Source: a virus | Taxonomy: Duplodnaviria; Caudoviricetes | Reading direction: 5' to 3' (one strand) | Length of the DNA: 51,193 nt | IMG/VR virus record: IMGVR_UViG_3300035670_000303 | Location: 1-51,193 of that record | Shown here: positions 37,001 through 49,044 of the stretch, piece after piece | Numbering within the stretch: the stretch's first letter is position 1 | How the letters are laid out: the number at the start of each line of letters is the position of its first letter | Program-made: the position numbers and the translations under genes | The notes under the pieces: generated by a model | The model's database searches: none | Seen by the model: only the letters and a program-made list of their open reading frames with translations | Told to the model about the DNA's origin: nothing

Positions 37001-37429
37001 CCGATCGACCTGCGCAGCCAGTTCGCCGGCTCCGGCGTGGTGGTGACCAAGGCGGGCGATTCGGCCACGATCGACCTGGGCCCGTTCCTCAGTAAGCACG
37101 TCAAGGGCAAGACGATCGTGGAGGCCTTCACCAGCCTGTTCAACGATCCGGTATACCAGCGGATGCAGGACCAGCCAGGCACCACCTCCGATCTGGAGGT
37201 GCGCGACATGCCGCCATCGCAGCGCCGGCAGCAGGCGGCATCGCGGATGATCCAGGGCATCTACGACCACTACTCCCTGCTCACCCTCGATCAGCTCAAC
37301 GCATCCGACACCCCGGCCGCCCAGGACTGGCGCCAGAAGCGCAGCGCCATCGCCGAGCAGCAGTTCACCCAGCAGACCGACCGGCTGCAGGACCTGATGG
37401 AGGCCCTGGGCCAGCCAGCGGCCAGATAG
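34043..37429 (+). CDS. Internal virion protein (gp16 position)
   Basis: 1128 aa helical protein, PYWRAPFN, G.IEGNGP...R motifs; precedes tail fibre. Confidence 0.75.
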   Translation: MANNCNDYFDELQKLQEDNDRLRQELATSEAARKAGEAFLRTEVKKQWVFKMQDGSVRSLTDADIDRAYSDFANRLESNELNQIVQRGLGNRSKPVGSNGRFVNYRMLIDTANITDAEDWARLTEALVGTWKQMAPEDFRLVTEVWGRDRLMETVANAYKDYIDADAIATSLANNTAGFMNLAEKMTRLRFVSDMAKEGYLNTLDQIHQFMGSTSSKVPDGLKQRAWSSYKTALMAERHVAAAKRNTGQALRSLQTDFDRPEMFMPDMAEAAQTLGAKAADVKPDEHFAKVIQAIDNGDAEAIKQLRIAAVLDSIDPNVTLGKGWANTHMRFGNALVKDAQLTNFGSQVRANMLGTWLANTHGFAHQAFENVGNLTPNGTKFSREAFSEGLRVAWESAKYSHDGVRRAWRELAADAFFRGDAPFGGNLDTYGPRASNNDQLLAQVKGLLEEPYLPGGPLRPENWARTVHKIQAGARMLAFHWSGGRHEVLTPALRAMSATDSVLGYDAFLFKLKNDLEIKARRDGVQLGLFDQRSREEWVEKQLDNAFYQLAPTEENVLAFRRQHKLKGSDISDDEIRSIITADRARNTYGYPTLDTPEAQGAMDYSLRNRMQSAPEGGLPAAIDEAVMAARKHWAIDSLVPYWRAPFNQFLFDTRLTFGPLAETVEVIFGKNPTQEQIAKVQAGWVTTGGLLGLFAGLDMAGLIEGNGPLPPEARRAFLLEGRKPNSIAGIPYLGGLPILNTLFLWKDIKETFVSGNYSNFDQYNAFWGIAQVLTSQLIRQTGFGQMQRLIDALLDPENEMPRLVGWLGQGQLPFSGVMRDAQRLTGFGGADLYQDRDPLGEERYGLGEEDWQTKTERTLRGLAYGTIPLLGLPGGAPRKEQDFLGQPIQLEFGADWKEALKSRFHPRMWPRAYQRVYAELDAQGQLRLPLPLLTRRLEGVAMSAELQKEYNDTFGTVKGSIPLEARAELAGRKINVTFSFKKEIPIDLRSQFAGSGVVVTKAGDSATIDLGPFLSKHVKGKTIVEAFTSLFNDPVYQRMQDQPGTTSDLEVRDMPPSQRRQQAASRMIQGIYDHYSLLTLDQLNASDTPAAQDWRQKRSAIAEQQFTQQTDRLQDLMEALGQPAAR

Positions 37430-37458
37430 ACCGCCCTGCCAGGGCGCGGCAAGATTGG

Positions 37459-37474
37459 TCTGCAGCCGTGCAGA
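37459..37474. promoter_or_regulatory. Perfect TCTGCA-GCCG-TGCAGA palindrome before tail fibre
   Basis: 4 nt before GTG 37479. Confidence 0.7.
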
Positions 37475-37478
37475 TCTT

Positions 37479-41726
<4,248 letters not shown>

Positions 41727-41782
41727 AGGTCTCCACCACTGCAGAATAAGGGGGCTGTCTTGGCCTGCCATGGCCGCCCCCC

Positions 41783-42133
41783 ATGCCATCTGCCCAAGCA
41801 CCTGAATACTTCGGGGTCCAGCGGGTTATTGGGCCCGATGGCGGCCCCATGCCCACCGACCCCCTCGGCATCCCCGGCGTGGCCCGGCAGCTGGCAGCTG
41901 GGGCCTCCAGCGCGAACACTGCGCTGACCAGCACCTGCCGGCGGATCTCGATTCGCGCCGTGGGCGCTGACATTCGCTACGCCATCGGCAGCAGCAGCCA
42001 GACGGCCAGCGCCACGTCTCATCTGATTGGCATTGGCGAGCGGCTGGATGTGGCGGTGCCTGCCACGCCGAACATTGCCGTGATCCGGGGCGGGACGACA
42101 AACGGAACGCTGGAGCTGACGGAGCTGCTCTGA
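41783..42133 (+). CDS. Small beta-rich putative virion protein
   Basis: Good ORF, TGATG-coupled to next; palindrome variant at 41730-41745. Confidence 0.65.
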   Translation: MPSAQAPEYFGVQRVIGPDGGPMPTDPLGIPGVARQLAAGASSANTALTSTCRRISIRAVGADIRYAIGSSSQTASATSHLIGIGERLDVAVPATPNIAVIRGGTTNGTLELTELL

Positions 42134-43356
42134 TGAGGCTCCACGGGACACGGCGAGCGGCGATTGCGCAGGCACGCGGGCTGGGCAATCCGCTGTGGGA
42201 TCTGGCTGGTGTGCCGCCATCCCTAGACCTGCGCTTCGCTGAGTCGAAGAGCCTGATTGATGCGGTCAGCGGGCAGCAACTGATCACGTTCACCAGGGCC
42301 AGCACTGGGACGTACGTGGACTCCGATGGCGTGATCCGCAGCGCAGCGAATGACATTCCGAGGTTTAACCACAACCCGCTCACGGGCGAGTGCCTGGGGC
42401 TCCTGGTCGAGGAGCAGCGGCAGAATTTGCTGCTGCAGTCGGAAGACTTTTCAACGACGTGGAGCAAAGATGCAGGGGTAGTCATTACGACGAACAGTGC
42501 AAGTTCGCCCGATGGGACAATCACCGCTGATTTACTAGACGGGACAGGGGCCACAAACTTTATTGCTCAGTCAATATCGATCACGTCTGGTGCCACGTAT
42601 ACAATCAGCGCATGGGTAAAAAGCGCGGGCCTAGGCAAAGATACGTTTAGGCTGTTCGGAGACAGCAGCCAATTCTCTGGGCTGCTGACAGCAACAAACA
42701 CTTGGCAGCGTTTCACTTTCACTTTCATATCGGCAAACACTGCATCAAGGACTCACGGTATAACAAGAGATGCTAGTAACAACCCTATTGGCCTCTACAT
42801 CTGGGGCGCCCAGTTAGAAGCCGGAGCTTTCCCCACATCCTACATCCCCACCACCGGCACCGCCGCGACGCGCACGGCTGATGTCGCGTCGATTTCCGGG
42901 ACCAATTTCAGTTCGTGGTACCGGCAGGATGAGGGGAGCATATTTACAGACGCACTAACAACGATGAGATTCTCCGGCTCTAATGCGTTTCCGCGTATTC
43001 TCAATATATCCGATGGAGGCAATAGTAACAACGTGGAGTTGTATTACCGAGTGCTTTCTGCTTACACTGATGCGGGGTATGCCGTCGCAAGCAGTGGCGT
43101 CTCGCAGGCAGGCTTTGACACCGCCTCGGAAACTAATGGCTCAAAGTTGGCAGTTGCTGCAAAGACCGACAGCTTTTCGTTTAACGTTAGCGGTCTGACC
43201 AGAAGTACGGACAACAGTGGCACCCTGCCAATACTAAACCAAGTAAGCATTGGTAAAAGGCCCGCAGGTGCGAATGTTTTTACTGGCACCATCCGCCGCA
43301 TCACATATTTTCCCCAACGCCTTCCCGATTCCACGCTGCAATCCATAACCCTCTAG
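42133..43356 (+). CDS. Head-spike/fibre-like protein with carbohydrate-binding-type domain
   Basis: LDLRFA, ITFTRASTGTYVD, PRF....G..LGLLVEEQR.NL, WGAQLEAGAFPTSYIPT...TR.AD. Confidence 0.8.
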   Translation: MRLHGTRRAAIAQARGLGNPLWDLAGVPPSLDLRFAESKSLIDAVSGQQLITFTRASTGTYVDSDGVIRSAANDIPRFNHNPLTGECLGLLVEEQRQNLLLQSEDFSTTWSKDAGVVITTNSASSPDGTITADLLDGTGATNFIAQSISITSGATYTISAWVKSAGLGKDTFRLFGDSSQFSGLLTATNTWQRFTFTFISANTASRTHGITRDASNNPIGLYIWGAQLEAGAFPTSYIPTTGTAATRTADVASISGTNFSSWYRQDEGSIFTDALTTMRFSGSNAFPRILNISDGGNSNNVELYYRVLSAYTDAGYAVASSGVSQAGFDTASETNGSKLAVAAKTDSFSFNVSGLTRSTDNSGTLPILNQVSIGKRPAGANVFTGTIRRITYFPQRLPDSTLQSITL

Positions 43357-43358
43357 CC

Positions 43359-43691
43359 ATGTACTGTTTCCGCTTCGACACCCGCCAACAGTTCCGCAGC
43401 CTCGCTGCAGCCGAGGGCCTGATCAACGCTGAGGGTGAGCTGATCACCGGAGGCCACGGCTTCGCGGTGGATGAGATCGGCGTCATCTACGAGGGTGGCA
43501 CCTACGACCCCGAGACGGGCGAAGTCATCACCCCGCCCGTCGCCCTCCCCGGCTGGCACGTCAATTCCGTCAGCCTGGCCCCTGAGGCATGGGACGCCTA
43601 TCTGGTGGTGGTCAATTCCCCCGCCCGGATCTTTCTCGGCGGCGCCACCCAGGCCCCGGACACTGCCACCCTGGAGGCTATGAATCAATGA
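43359..43691 (+). CDS. Fibre-associated hypothetical protein
   Basis: DEIGVIY...G.YD..TGEVITPP....GWHVN; directly follows the spike gene. Confidence 0.7.
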   Translation: MYCFRFDTRQQFRSLAAAEGLINAEGELITGGHGFAVDEIGVIYEGGTYDPETGEVITPPVALPGWHVNSVSLAPEAWDAYLVVVNSPARIFLGGATQAPDTATLEAMNQ

Positions 43692-43996
43692 TTGATCGCC
43701 TGACTGCGAGCGTTCTGCGCGATAAGCGCCACTTCTTCGCTGAGTTCACGCCTCGCGCTGAATATGATGGACGGCCCGTAATTCCCGAGCTCCTGAGACA
43801 CGCCGGGGCCATATTGAAGTGTCGTCTCGGGTGGCAGATGACTGAAGGCGATCCATACCCTGGCGAGTGGGCAGTTATTAGCGCTTCTGACGATCCAGAT
43901 CTATTAGGCCGTGCGTGGCTTGCCTCTGGCGATCTGACGCTGTTTATGTGCCCCTCATCATCAAACCTGCTGCACTCGCCTGAGGTAACGCAATGA
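43688..43996 (+). CDS. Hypothetical protein, lower GC
   Basis: ATGA-coupled at both ends. Confidence 0.5.
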   Translation: MIDRLTASVLRDKRHFFAEFTPRAEYDGRPVIPELLRHAGAILKCRLGWQMTEGDPYPGEWAVISASDDPDLLGRAWLASGDLTLFMCPSSSNLLHSPEVTQ

Positions 43997-44262
43997 CCAG
44001 CCCCTATCTTCGCGCCGCCCAGAAGTTCCCAGCCCTCCGCCAGCAGGCCCAGGAACGCCTCAGCAAGCGCCCCGGCCACGCAGGCCGCCCAATCATCCCC
44101 GAGGTGGTAGAGGATCGCCCCGGCAAACCAGCAGCGCCCGGCAGGCAGCCCGAACCCGCACAGGATGCCGTGGTGGTGCGCCGCGCCAAGGACAGCAAAG
44201 GCCGGTTCAAGGCTGACGATCCGTCCACGCCCGAGGACGAGGCATGGGAAGAGCTGCCCTGA
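43993..44262 (+). CDS. Small phage protein with RAKD.KGRF..DDPSTP..EAW motif
   Basis: C-terminal motif recurrent in phage virion-module proteins. Confidence 0.65.
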   Translation: MTSPYLRAAQKFPALRQQAQERLSKRPGHAGRPIIPEVVEDRPGKPAAPGRQPEPAQDAVVVRRAKDSKGRFKADDPSTPEDEAWEELP

Positions 44263-44383
44263 CCAGCCTGATGATTGTCACCGCGCCGATGGTGGCGTCG
44301 GGCTTTGCTGCGGCGCTGCAGCTTCCCTTGTGGGTTGCAGCAGTTCTGCTGCTGCCTGCCTATGCCGTGCTGACTGAGTTCAT
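44257..44383 (+). repeat. 127-bp exact direct repeat, copy 2; podophage/siphophage junction
   Basis: Identical to 1-127. Confidence 0.95.
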
Positions 44384-44393
44384 TCAGTTGTAA
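44271..44393 (+). CDS. Small hydrophobic membrane peptide (allele of 15-137, ends FIQL)
   Basis: Stop position retained (TAA vs TAG) despite divergence beyond the repeat. Confidence 0.5.
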   Translation: MIVTAPMVASGFAAALQLPLWVAAVLLLPAYAVLTEFIQL

Positions 44394-44432
44394 AAACGCC
44401 GGTAAACTATAAACAACACCACCGATCACGCC

Positions 44433-46259
44433 ATGACTGTTGAAACCCGCGCAGCATGGATGATCGGCACTTACAGGAATGTCACGCTTGCTCCGAGTCC
44501 ACCGAACGGTCCGACCGCGCAGAAATTCGGCTGGGCGGACACCCTGGCCCGCCTCACGCTGAATCCTGCTGATCCGGCGCCGATTGCCAGATTCATGGCG
44601 CTGCTGACCAGTACGCAGTACCGGTTTAATGAGTCGTTCATGCCTGCTGGCGCTGGCTGGATTCTCTGCCAGTTCTGGGACAGGTTCACGCCTGAGCAAC
44701 GGGCCACGCTGGCGGCCAAGCTGAAAACAGTTAGCGGCCTGCTGAACCACGGCACCGAGAACCATTTTCTAATCAAGTACGTCGGCGCTTCGCTGTTCGC
44801 CCAGCTCTGGCCCAGCGAGACGGGCTGGTATGACGCGATCACCAAACGGCGCATGTCCAGTGCTGAGTTTGGCGTTGTGGTGAAGCAACGCCTACTGGCT
44901 ACGTTGAGCAGCTACTTCGACAAGGCATACAACGAACATCTCTCCCCGAACTACCTGCCGGTTCATCTGTACCCACTGCACGCGCTCTATAACTGCACCA
45001 CCGATCCTGAGCTCAAGGCCGCTGCCGATGCCGTGCTCACCTATCACGCTGCAGACATGGCGGCGAACTTCTTTCACGGCAACACCATCGCCCCGTACAA
45101 CCGGCCTGGCCCCTACCGCAACATCGAACCGCAGCGCAACACCATCCTGAACTCTCACATCAAGGCGCTGTACTGGCTCTACTGGGCTGAACTGATGCCA
45201 GTCAGCGACCGCCCGCCGATGCGGTTTCCATCGCTGAACTCGTTTGAGGAAGCCCGCCACTTCGCCGTTACCGCCGCCATCTCCACCTGGCGTCCGCCTG
45301 CAGTGCTCGCTGATCTGGCTGCCGGTCGGGGGATCCTGCCGTTCACCCTGCGCGGGTCTGCTGCAGGGTTCGGCGAGTTCGCCCGTGGTGATGCTGCCTA
45401 CACCGAGCGAACCGTTTACCGCCATCAGGAGTACGCCATCGGCAGCGGGAACTTCACCACCAACATCAACAGCCCAGTGCCAGCTCGTGGCCGTGGCCTG
45501 AGCGAGCGCTGCGGCCATCAGATTCTCCTCAAGACCTGCAAGCCGCTCGCCGAGATCACCTGCACCCATCCCTACTGGCGCTCCGCCCCTGGCCAGTACG
45601 CCTGGCTATCGCGCAGCTCGCCGTTTCAGCAGAACGCCCAGCACGAATCCACGCTGATCTCGCTGTTCAACATCCCCGCCACCGATCCGTTCAAGGGCAG
45701 AACCGACCGGACCTGGGAGAAATACCGGGGCGGCATGATTCAGCAGGCATGGATCCGCTGGCCTAAGGGCCTCGACGAGGCGGTGCAGGACCGTGGCTGG
45801 CACTTCCTGCGGGAAGGCTCCACCTACGTCGCCATCCGCGCCTGGGGCCCATCGGAGCTGGTCACCAACGAGTTCCCCGATATGACAGTTCTGCGCAGCA
45901 ACGGCGCTCAGAACGTCGTGGTGATCGACGTGGCCAGCGCTGACGAGTTCCCCACCTTCGCCGCGTTCCGCGCTGCCGTACTGGCTGCTCCGCTGTCGGT
46001 CGATCTGGCAGGTCCGAGCGTCTTCTACCGCAACGTGCGCGGACAAACGATCTCCGCATCCTGGGGGACGTTCAACACGGCCAGCCAGATTGTCGAATCA
46101 TTCCCTCGCGTAGAGGTGGACGGTCAATCTCAGCCCGCTCGATCTGCTGCTGTCATCCAATCGGGCCCGATCAGCCTGGTGGGCCGCGTGCTCAAGGTGA
46201 AACTGCCCAGCGGCAGCCTGTCGGTGGATTGGAGCGGCAGCCTGCCGGTGCTCTCCTGA
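44433..46259 (+). CDS. Putative polysaccharide lyase (heparinase II/III-like helical plus beta-sandwich architecture)
   Basis: HGTENH, EHLSPNY, helical N-half and beta-rich C-half; family assignment tentative. Confidence 0.55.
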   Translation: MTVETRAAWMIGTYRNVTLAPSPPNGPTAQKFGWADTLARLTLNPADPAPIARFMALLTSTQYRFNESFMPAGAGWILCQFWDRFTPEQRATLAAKLKTVSGLLNHGTENHFLIKYVGASLFAQLWPSETGWYDAITKRRMSSAEFGVVVKQRLLATLSSYFDKAYNEHLSPNYLPVHLYPLHALYNCTTDPELKAAADAVLTYHAADMAANFFHGNTIAPYNRPGPYRNIEPQRNTILNSHIKALYWLYWAELMPVSDRPPMRFPSLNSFEEARHFAVTAAISTWRPPAVLADLAAGRGILPFTLRGSAAGFGEFARGDAAYTERTVYRHQEYAIGSGNFTTNINSPVPARGRGLSERCGHQILLKTCKPLAEITCTHPYWRSAPGQYAWLSRSSPFQQNAQHESTLISLFNIPATDPFKGRTDRTWEKYRGGMIQQAWIRWPKGLDEAVQDRGWHFLREGSTYVAIRAWGPSELVTNEFPDMTVLRSNGAQNVVVIDVASADEFPTFAAFRAAVLAAPLSVDLAGPSVFYRNVRGQTISASWGTFNTASQIVESFPRVEVDGQSQPARSAAVIQSGPISLVGRVLKVKLPSGSLSVDWSGSLPVLS

Positions 46260-46396
46260 TGTTCTCAATCCTGTTCATCGTCGCCTGTTGGATCCTCATC
46301 CCCTGGCTGGCGGCATCCACCACGATCCCCCTCCCGCTGTTCCTGCTGCTGATCCTGCCGGTGCTGGTGCTATTGGTTGACCGGATCCAGCCATAG
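46259..46396 (+). CDS. Small hydrophobic membrane peptide (45 aa, ends DRIQP)
   Basis: TGATG-coupled; aligns without gaps over 28 aa with the 15-137 peptide. Confidence 0.55.
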   Translation: MFSILFIVACWILIPWLAASTTIPLPLFLLLILPVLVLLVDRIQP

Positions 46397-46405
46397 CCTG
46401 TTCCC

Positions 46406-46705
46406 ATGACCTCCTGGACCCGCCTACATACCCGGATGTGGGACACCGCGTCCCGCCGGCTGGGCCGCGTGCCAGTGGTGGCCGGCGCCGTGAGCACAAC
46501 CGGAATCTTCGATGAGAAGTCTGAGCTGGTGCTAGATGAGCAGGTGGTGAGCGTTGAAAATGCCCTGACCGTGCGCACCAGCGAGCTGGGCCACCTGCGC
46601 TACGGAGCCAGCATCACGGTGGACGGCGTGGCTTACCGGGTACGCCACGAGCCGATGCGGATAGCGGATGGCCTGCTCTGCGTGATCTCGCTGGAGAAAG
46701 CATGA
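46406..46705 (+). CDS. Head-tail joining protein (lambda gpFII-like)
   Basis: GIFDE, L.YG..ITVDG..YRV....R..DG. Confidence 0.8.
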   Translation: MTSWTRLHTRMWDTASRRLGRVPVVAGAVSTTGIFDEKSELVLDEQVVSVENALTVRTSELGHLRYGASITVDGVAYRVRHEPMRIADGLLCVISLEKA

Positions 46706-47130
46706 CCACCAAACGGGAGCAGATCCTGGCCGCTGTCGCCACTGCGTTGGCGGCCACCAGTGGCGCCACGGGCAGGGTGTACCGCTCCAGGCAAGAACCC
46801 CTCAGCCGCAACGAATCGCCGGCGGTGGTGATCCAGCCGGGCCCGGAGTCGAAGTCTCCCGAGCCGGTCAGCACCTGCAAGATCGACCACACCCTCACGC
46901 TGGTGGTGGCCGTCTACGCCCGAGGCACAATCCCCGACCAGGTGGCCGATCCGGTGGTGAAGTCCGTTCACGGCTTGCTGATGGCAGACCGCACCCTGGG
47001 CGGCCGGGTGATGGACATCTGGCCGCTGGCCCGTGATCCGCAATTCTCCGAGGCTGACCTGGCCGCCGTGTGGGAGGTGCTCACCTACCAGGTCCGCTAT
47101 CGCACCAGCGTCACCGACCTGGGGGCTTAG
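46702..47130 (+). CDS. Tail terminator / completion protein
   Basis: TKREQIL, RVYRSR..P....PA, D.TLGG, Y.V.YRT. Confidence 0.8.
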   Translation: MTTKREQILAAVATALAATSGATGRVYRSRQEPLSRNESPAVVIQPGPESKSPEPVSTCKIDHTLTLVVAVYARGTIPDQVADPVVKSVHGLLMADRTLGGRVMDIWPLARDPQFSEADLAAVWEVLTYQVRYRTSVTDLGA

Positions 47131-47172
47131 GTGAGCTCCATAGGCTGAGGTTGCGGATTCTCAGCCCTGGGT

Positions 47173-47337
47173 ATGCCCCGTTCCAAACCTGAGCCAGATC
47201 CCCGGCCCACCGATGGCGGCAGCTACCTGCTGTGCCCGGATACCGGCAAGTGGATCGACCAGGAGGCGCCGGCACCCGTGGCACCCGCTCCTATTGCCCC
47301 CATCGACGCCCTGAGCGATGACCCTGCTGACTCGTAA
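47173..47337 (+). CDS. Small hypothetical protein (54 aa, GGSYLLCPDTGKW)
   Basis: ATG 47173 to TAA 47337, upstream of tail tube. Confidence 0.6.
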   Translation: MPRSKPEPDPRPTDGGSYLLCPDTGKWIDQEAPAPVAPAPIAPIDALSDDPADS

Positions 47338-48274
47338 GCGGCTGCTCATGGCGGCCGTTGAATCCACCTATGGCACTGCCGCCACCTTCGCCGGCACCGA
47401 TGCCCTGCTGGTGAGCAACCTCGATATCACCCCGCTCGACGTGTCCCTGCTGGACCGTGAGCTGGTGCTTCCGTTTTTCGGCAACAGGGAGAAGGTCGTC
47501 GGCCAGCGCATGGGCTCGGTGACCTTTGATGTGGAGATCGCCGGATCTGGCACCGCCGGTACCGCACCCCGTTGGGGCCGGTGCTTGCGGGCCTGCGGGT
47601 TCGGCGAGACGGTGGTGGCCGCTGACCCAGGCCCGGGTTCGGTGACCTACACCCCGGCCAGCGCCTCGATCGTCGGCCTGTCGCTTGACTTCAACGCCGA
47701 CGGCAACCGACACCTGCTCACCGGCTGCCGCGGCACCGCCACCCTGAACCTGGCGGTGGGCGAGATCCCCCGGATCAGCTTTGAGTTCATGGGGATCTAC
47801 AACGCAGTCACCGCTGCGGCGGCCACCTCCCCAACGTTCGCCGATCAGGCCGACCCGGTGGTGGTGAACTCCACCAACACCACCGGAGTGACGGCATTCA
47901 GCTTCAGCGCCTGCATGGAGAGTTTCTCCCTGGCGCTGAACAACGAGACCCCATTCCGGCAGCTGGCCGGCTGCAGCCAGAGCATCCCGATTGTCGATCG
48001 TGCTCCCAGCGGCGAGCTGGTGATTGAGGCCCCGATTGTTGGCAGTGGCGCCGGCCAGAAGGACTTCTTCGCCGCAGTGTCGGCGCAGACCCTTGGCGCG
48101 ATCGGCTGGCAGCACGGCCAGACCGCCGGGAACATCGTCACCTTCAACGCCCCCACCTGCAATCTGGATGGCCCCAGCTATGCCGATTCGGATGGCGTGA
48201 TGATGCTCAACCTGCCATTTATGCCCGTGCCCACCAGCGCAGGCAACGACGAGTTCACCCTGGTGCTCACCTGA
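47318..48274 (+). CDS. Major tail tube protein
   Basis: ESTYGT, VEIAGSGTAGTAP.WG..LRACG, GQTAGNIV, GNDEF; position. Confidence 0.88.
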   Translation: MTLLTRKRLLMAAVESTYGTAATFAGTDALLVSNLDITPLDVSLLDRELVLPFFGNREKVVGQRMGSVTFDVEIAGSGTAGTAPRWGRCLRACGFGETVVAADPGPGSVTYTPASASIVGLSLDFNADGNRHLLTGCRGTATLNLAVGEIPRISFEFMGIYNAVTAAAATSPTFADQADPVVVNSTNTTGVTAFSFSACMESFSLALNNETPFRQLAGCSQSIPIVDRAPSGELVIEAPIVGSGAGQKDFFAAVSAQTLGAIGWQHGQTAGNIVTFNAPTCNLDGPSYADSDGVMMLNLPFMPVPTSAGNDEFTLVLT

Positions 48275-48307
48275 TCCAGGGCACTGTTCACCACTCACGG
48301 CTAACCC

Positions 48308-48676
48308 ATGGCATTCGTTCTCAAGCAGTCGGCCAGCTACACCTGGCCGGTGCCCCTGCTCATCCCCGTGGATGGCGGCCGGCGTGAAAAGCACAGCTTC
48401 GATGCGGAGTTCAAGCGGCTGCCGCAGAGCCGGATCAACGAGATCATCAAGCTGGCCCGGGCCCTGGAGCTCGGCCGCGCCGATGAGGAATCACTGGACG
48501 ACAAGACCGCCGCGAAGGAGATCCTGATCGGCTGGGCCGGCATCACCGACGACAGCGGCAAGGATGTGCCATTCAGTGAGGCTGCACTGGATCAACTGCT
48601 GGAGATTCCCACCATCGCAGGCCAGATCATCCGCGCCTGGTTCAACAGCATGGAGGTCGCCAAGAAGGGAAACTGA
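48308..48676 (+). CDS. Tail assembly chaperone (gpG analogue)
   Basis: FDAEFKRL, L.GW.GI.D..G..VPFS; ends at GGGAAAC slippery site. Confidence 0.85.
   Translation: MAFVLKQSASYTWPVPLLIPVDGGRREKHSFDAEFKRLPQSRINEIIKLARALELGRADEESLDDKTAAKEILIGWAGITDDSGKDVPFSEAALDQLLEIPTIAGQIIRAWFNSMEVAKKGN
48667..48673 (+). promoter_or_regulatory. -1 programmed frameshift site G GGA AAC
   Basis: X XXY YYZ heptamer directly before the stop; -1 frame open through 49044. Confidence 0.8.
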
Positions 48677-49044
48677 TCGGCGCTGTCGATCACTGGTGGC
48701 ACGGTGATGGCGGCGCCAACGATGACCTGCTGGCGGACCTCAAGGCTTACGGGGCCGATGCCAGTTGCCTGCCGGAGAGCATCACCAAACCGCAGGTGTT
48801 TGAGGTGTGGCCCGAACACGAAGACGCTGTGATGCTGTTCCTGCAGTGCCAGACCCAGTGGCGTGTTGGCGGCTCCGGTGTGGTGGGCCTGGACTATGGC
48901 GTCGTTCTACAGATGATGGATCTTTACGCTGTGGGTAACCGGCGCCAGGCTCTGGAGGATCTGCAGATCATGGAGAGCCGCGCCAAGGAACTGATCAACC
49001 GGGCAGCTGAGCCGAAACAGCCAAAGAAGGGAGGGAAGCGGTAA
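48673..49044 (+). CDS. Frameshift extension of tail chaperone (gpT analogue, DUF1799-like)
   Basis: FEVWPEH..AV.LF....TQWR.G..G..GLDY. Confidence 0.8.
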   Translation: MIGAVDHWWHGDGGANDDLLADLKAYGADASCLPESITKPQVFEVWPEHEDAVMLFLQCQTQWRVGGSGVVGLDYGVVLQMMDLYAVGNRRQALEDLQIMESRAKELINRAAEPKQPKKGGKR

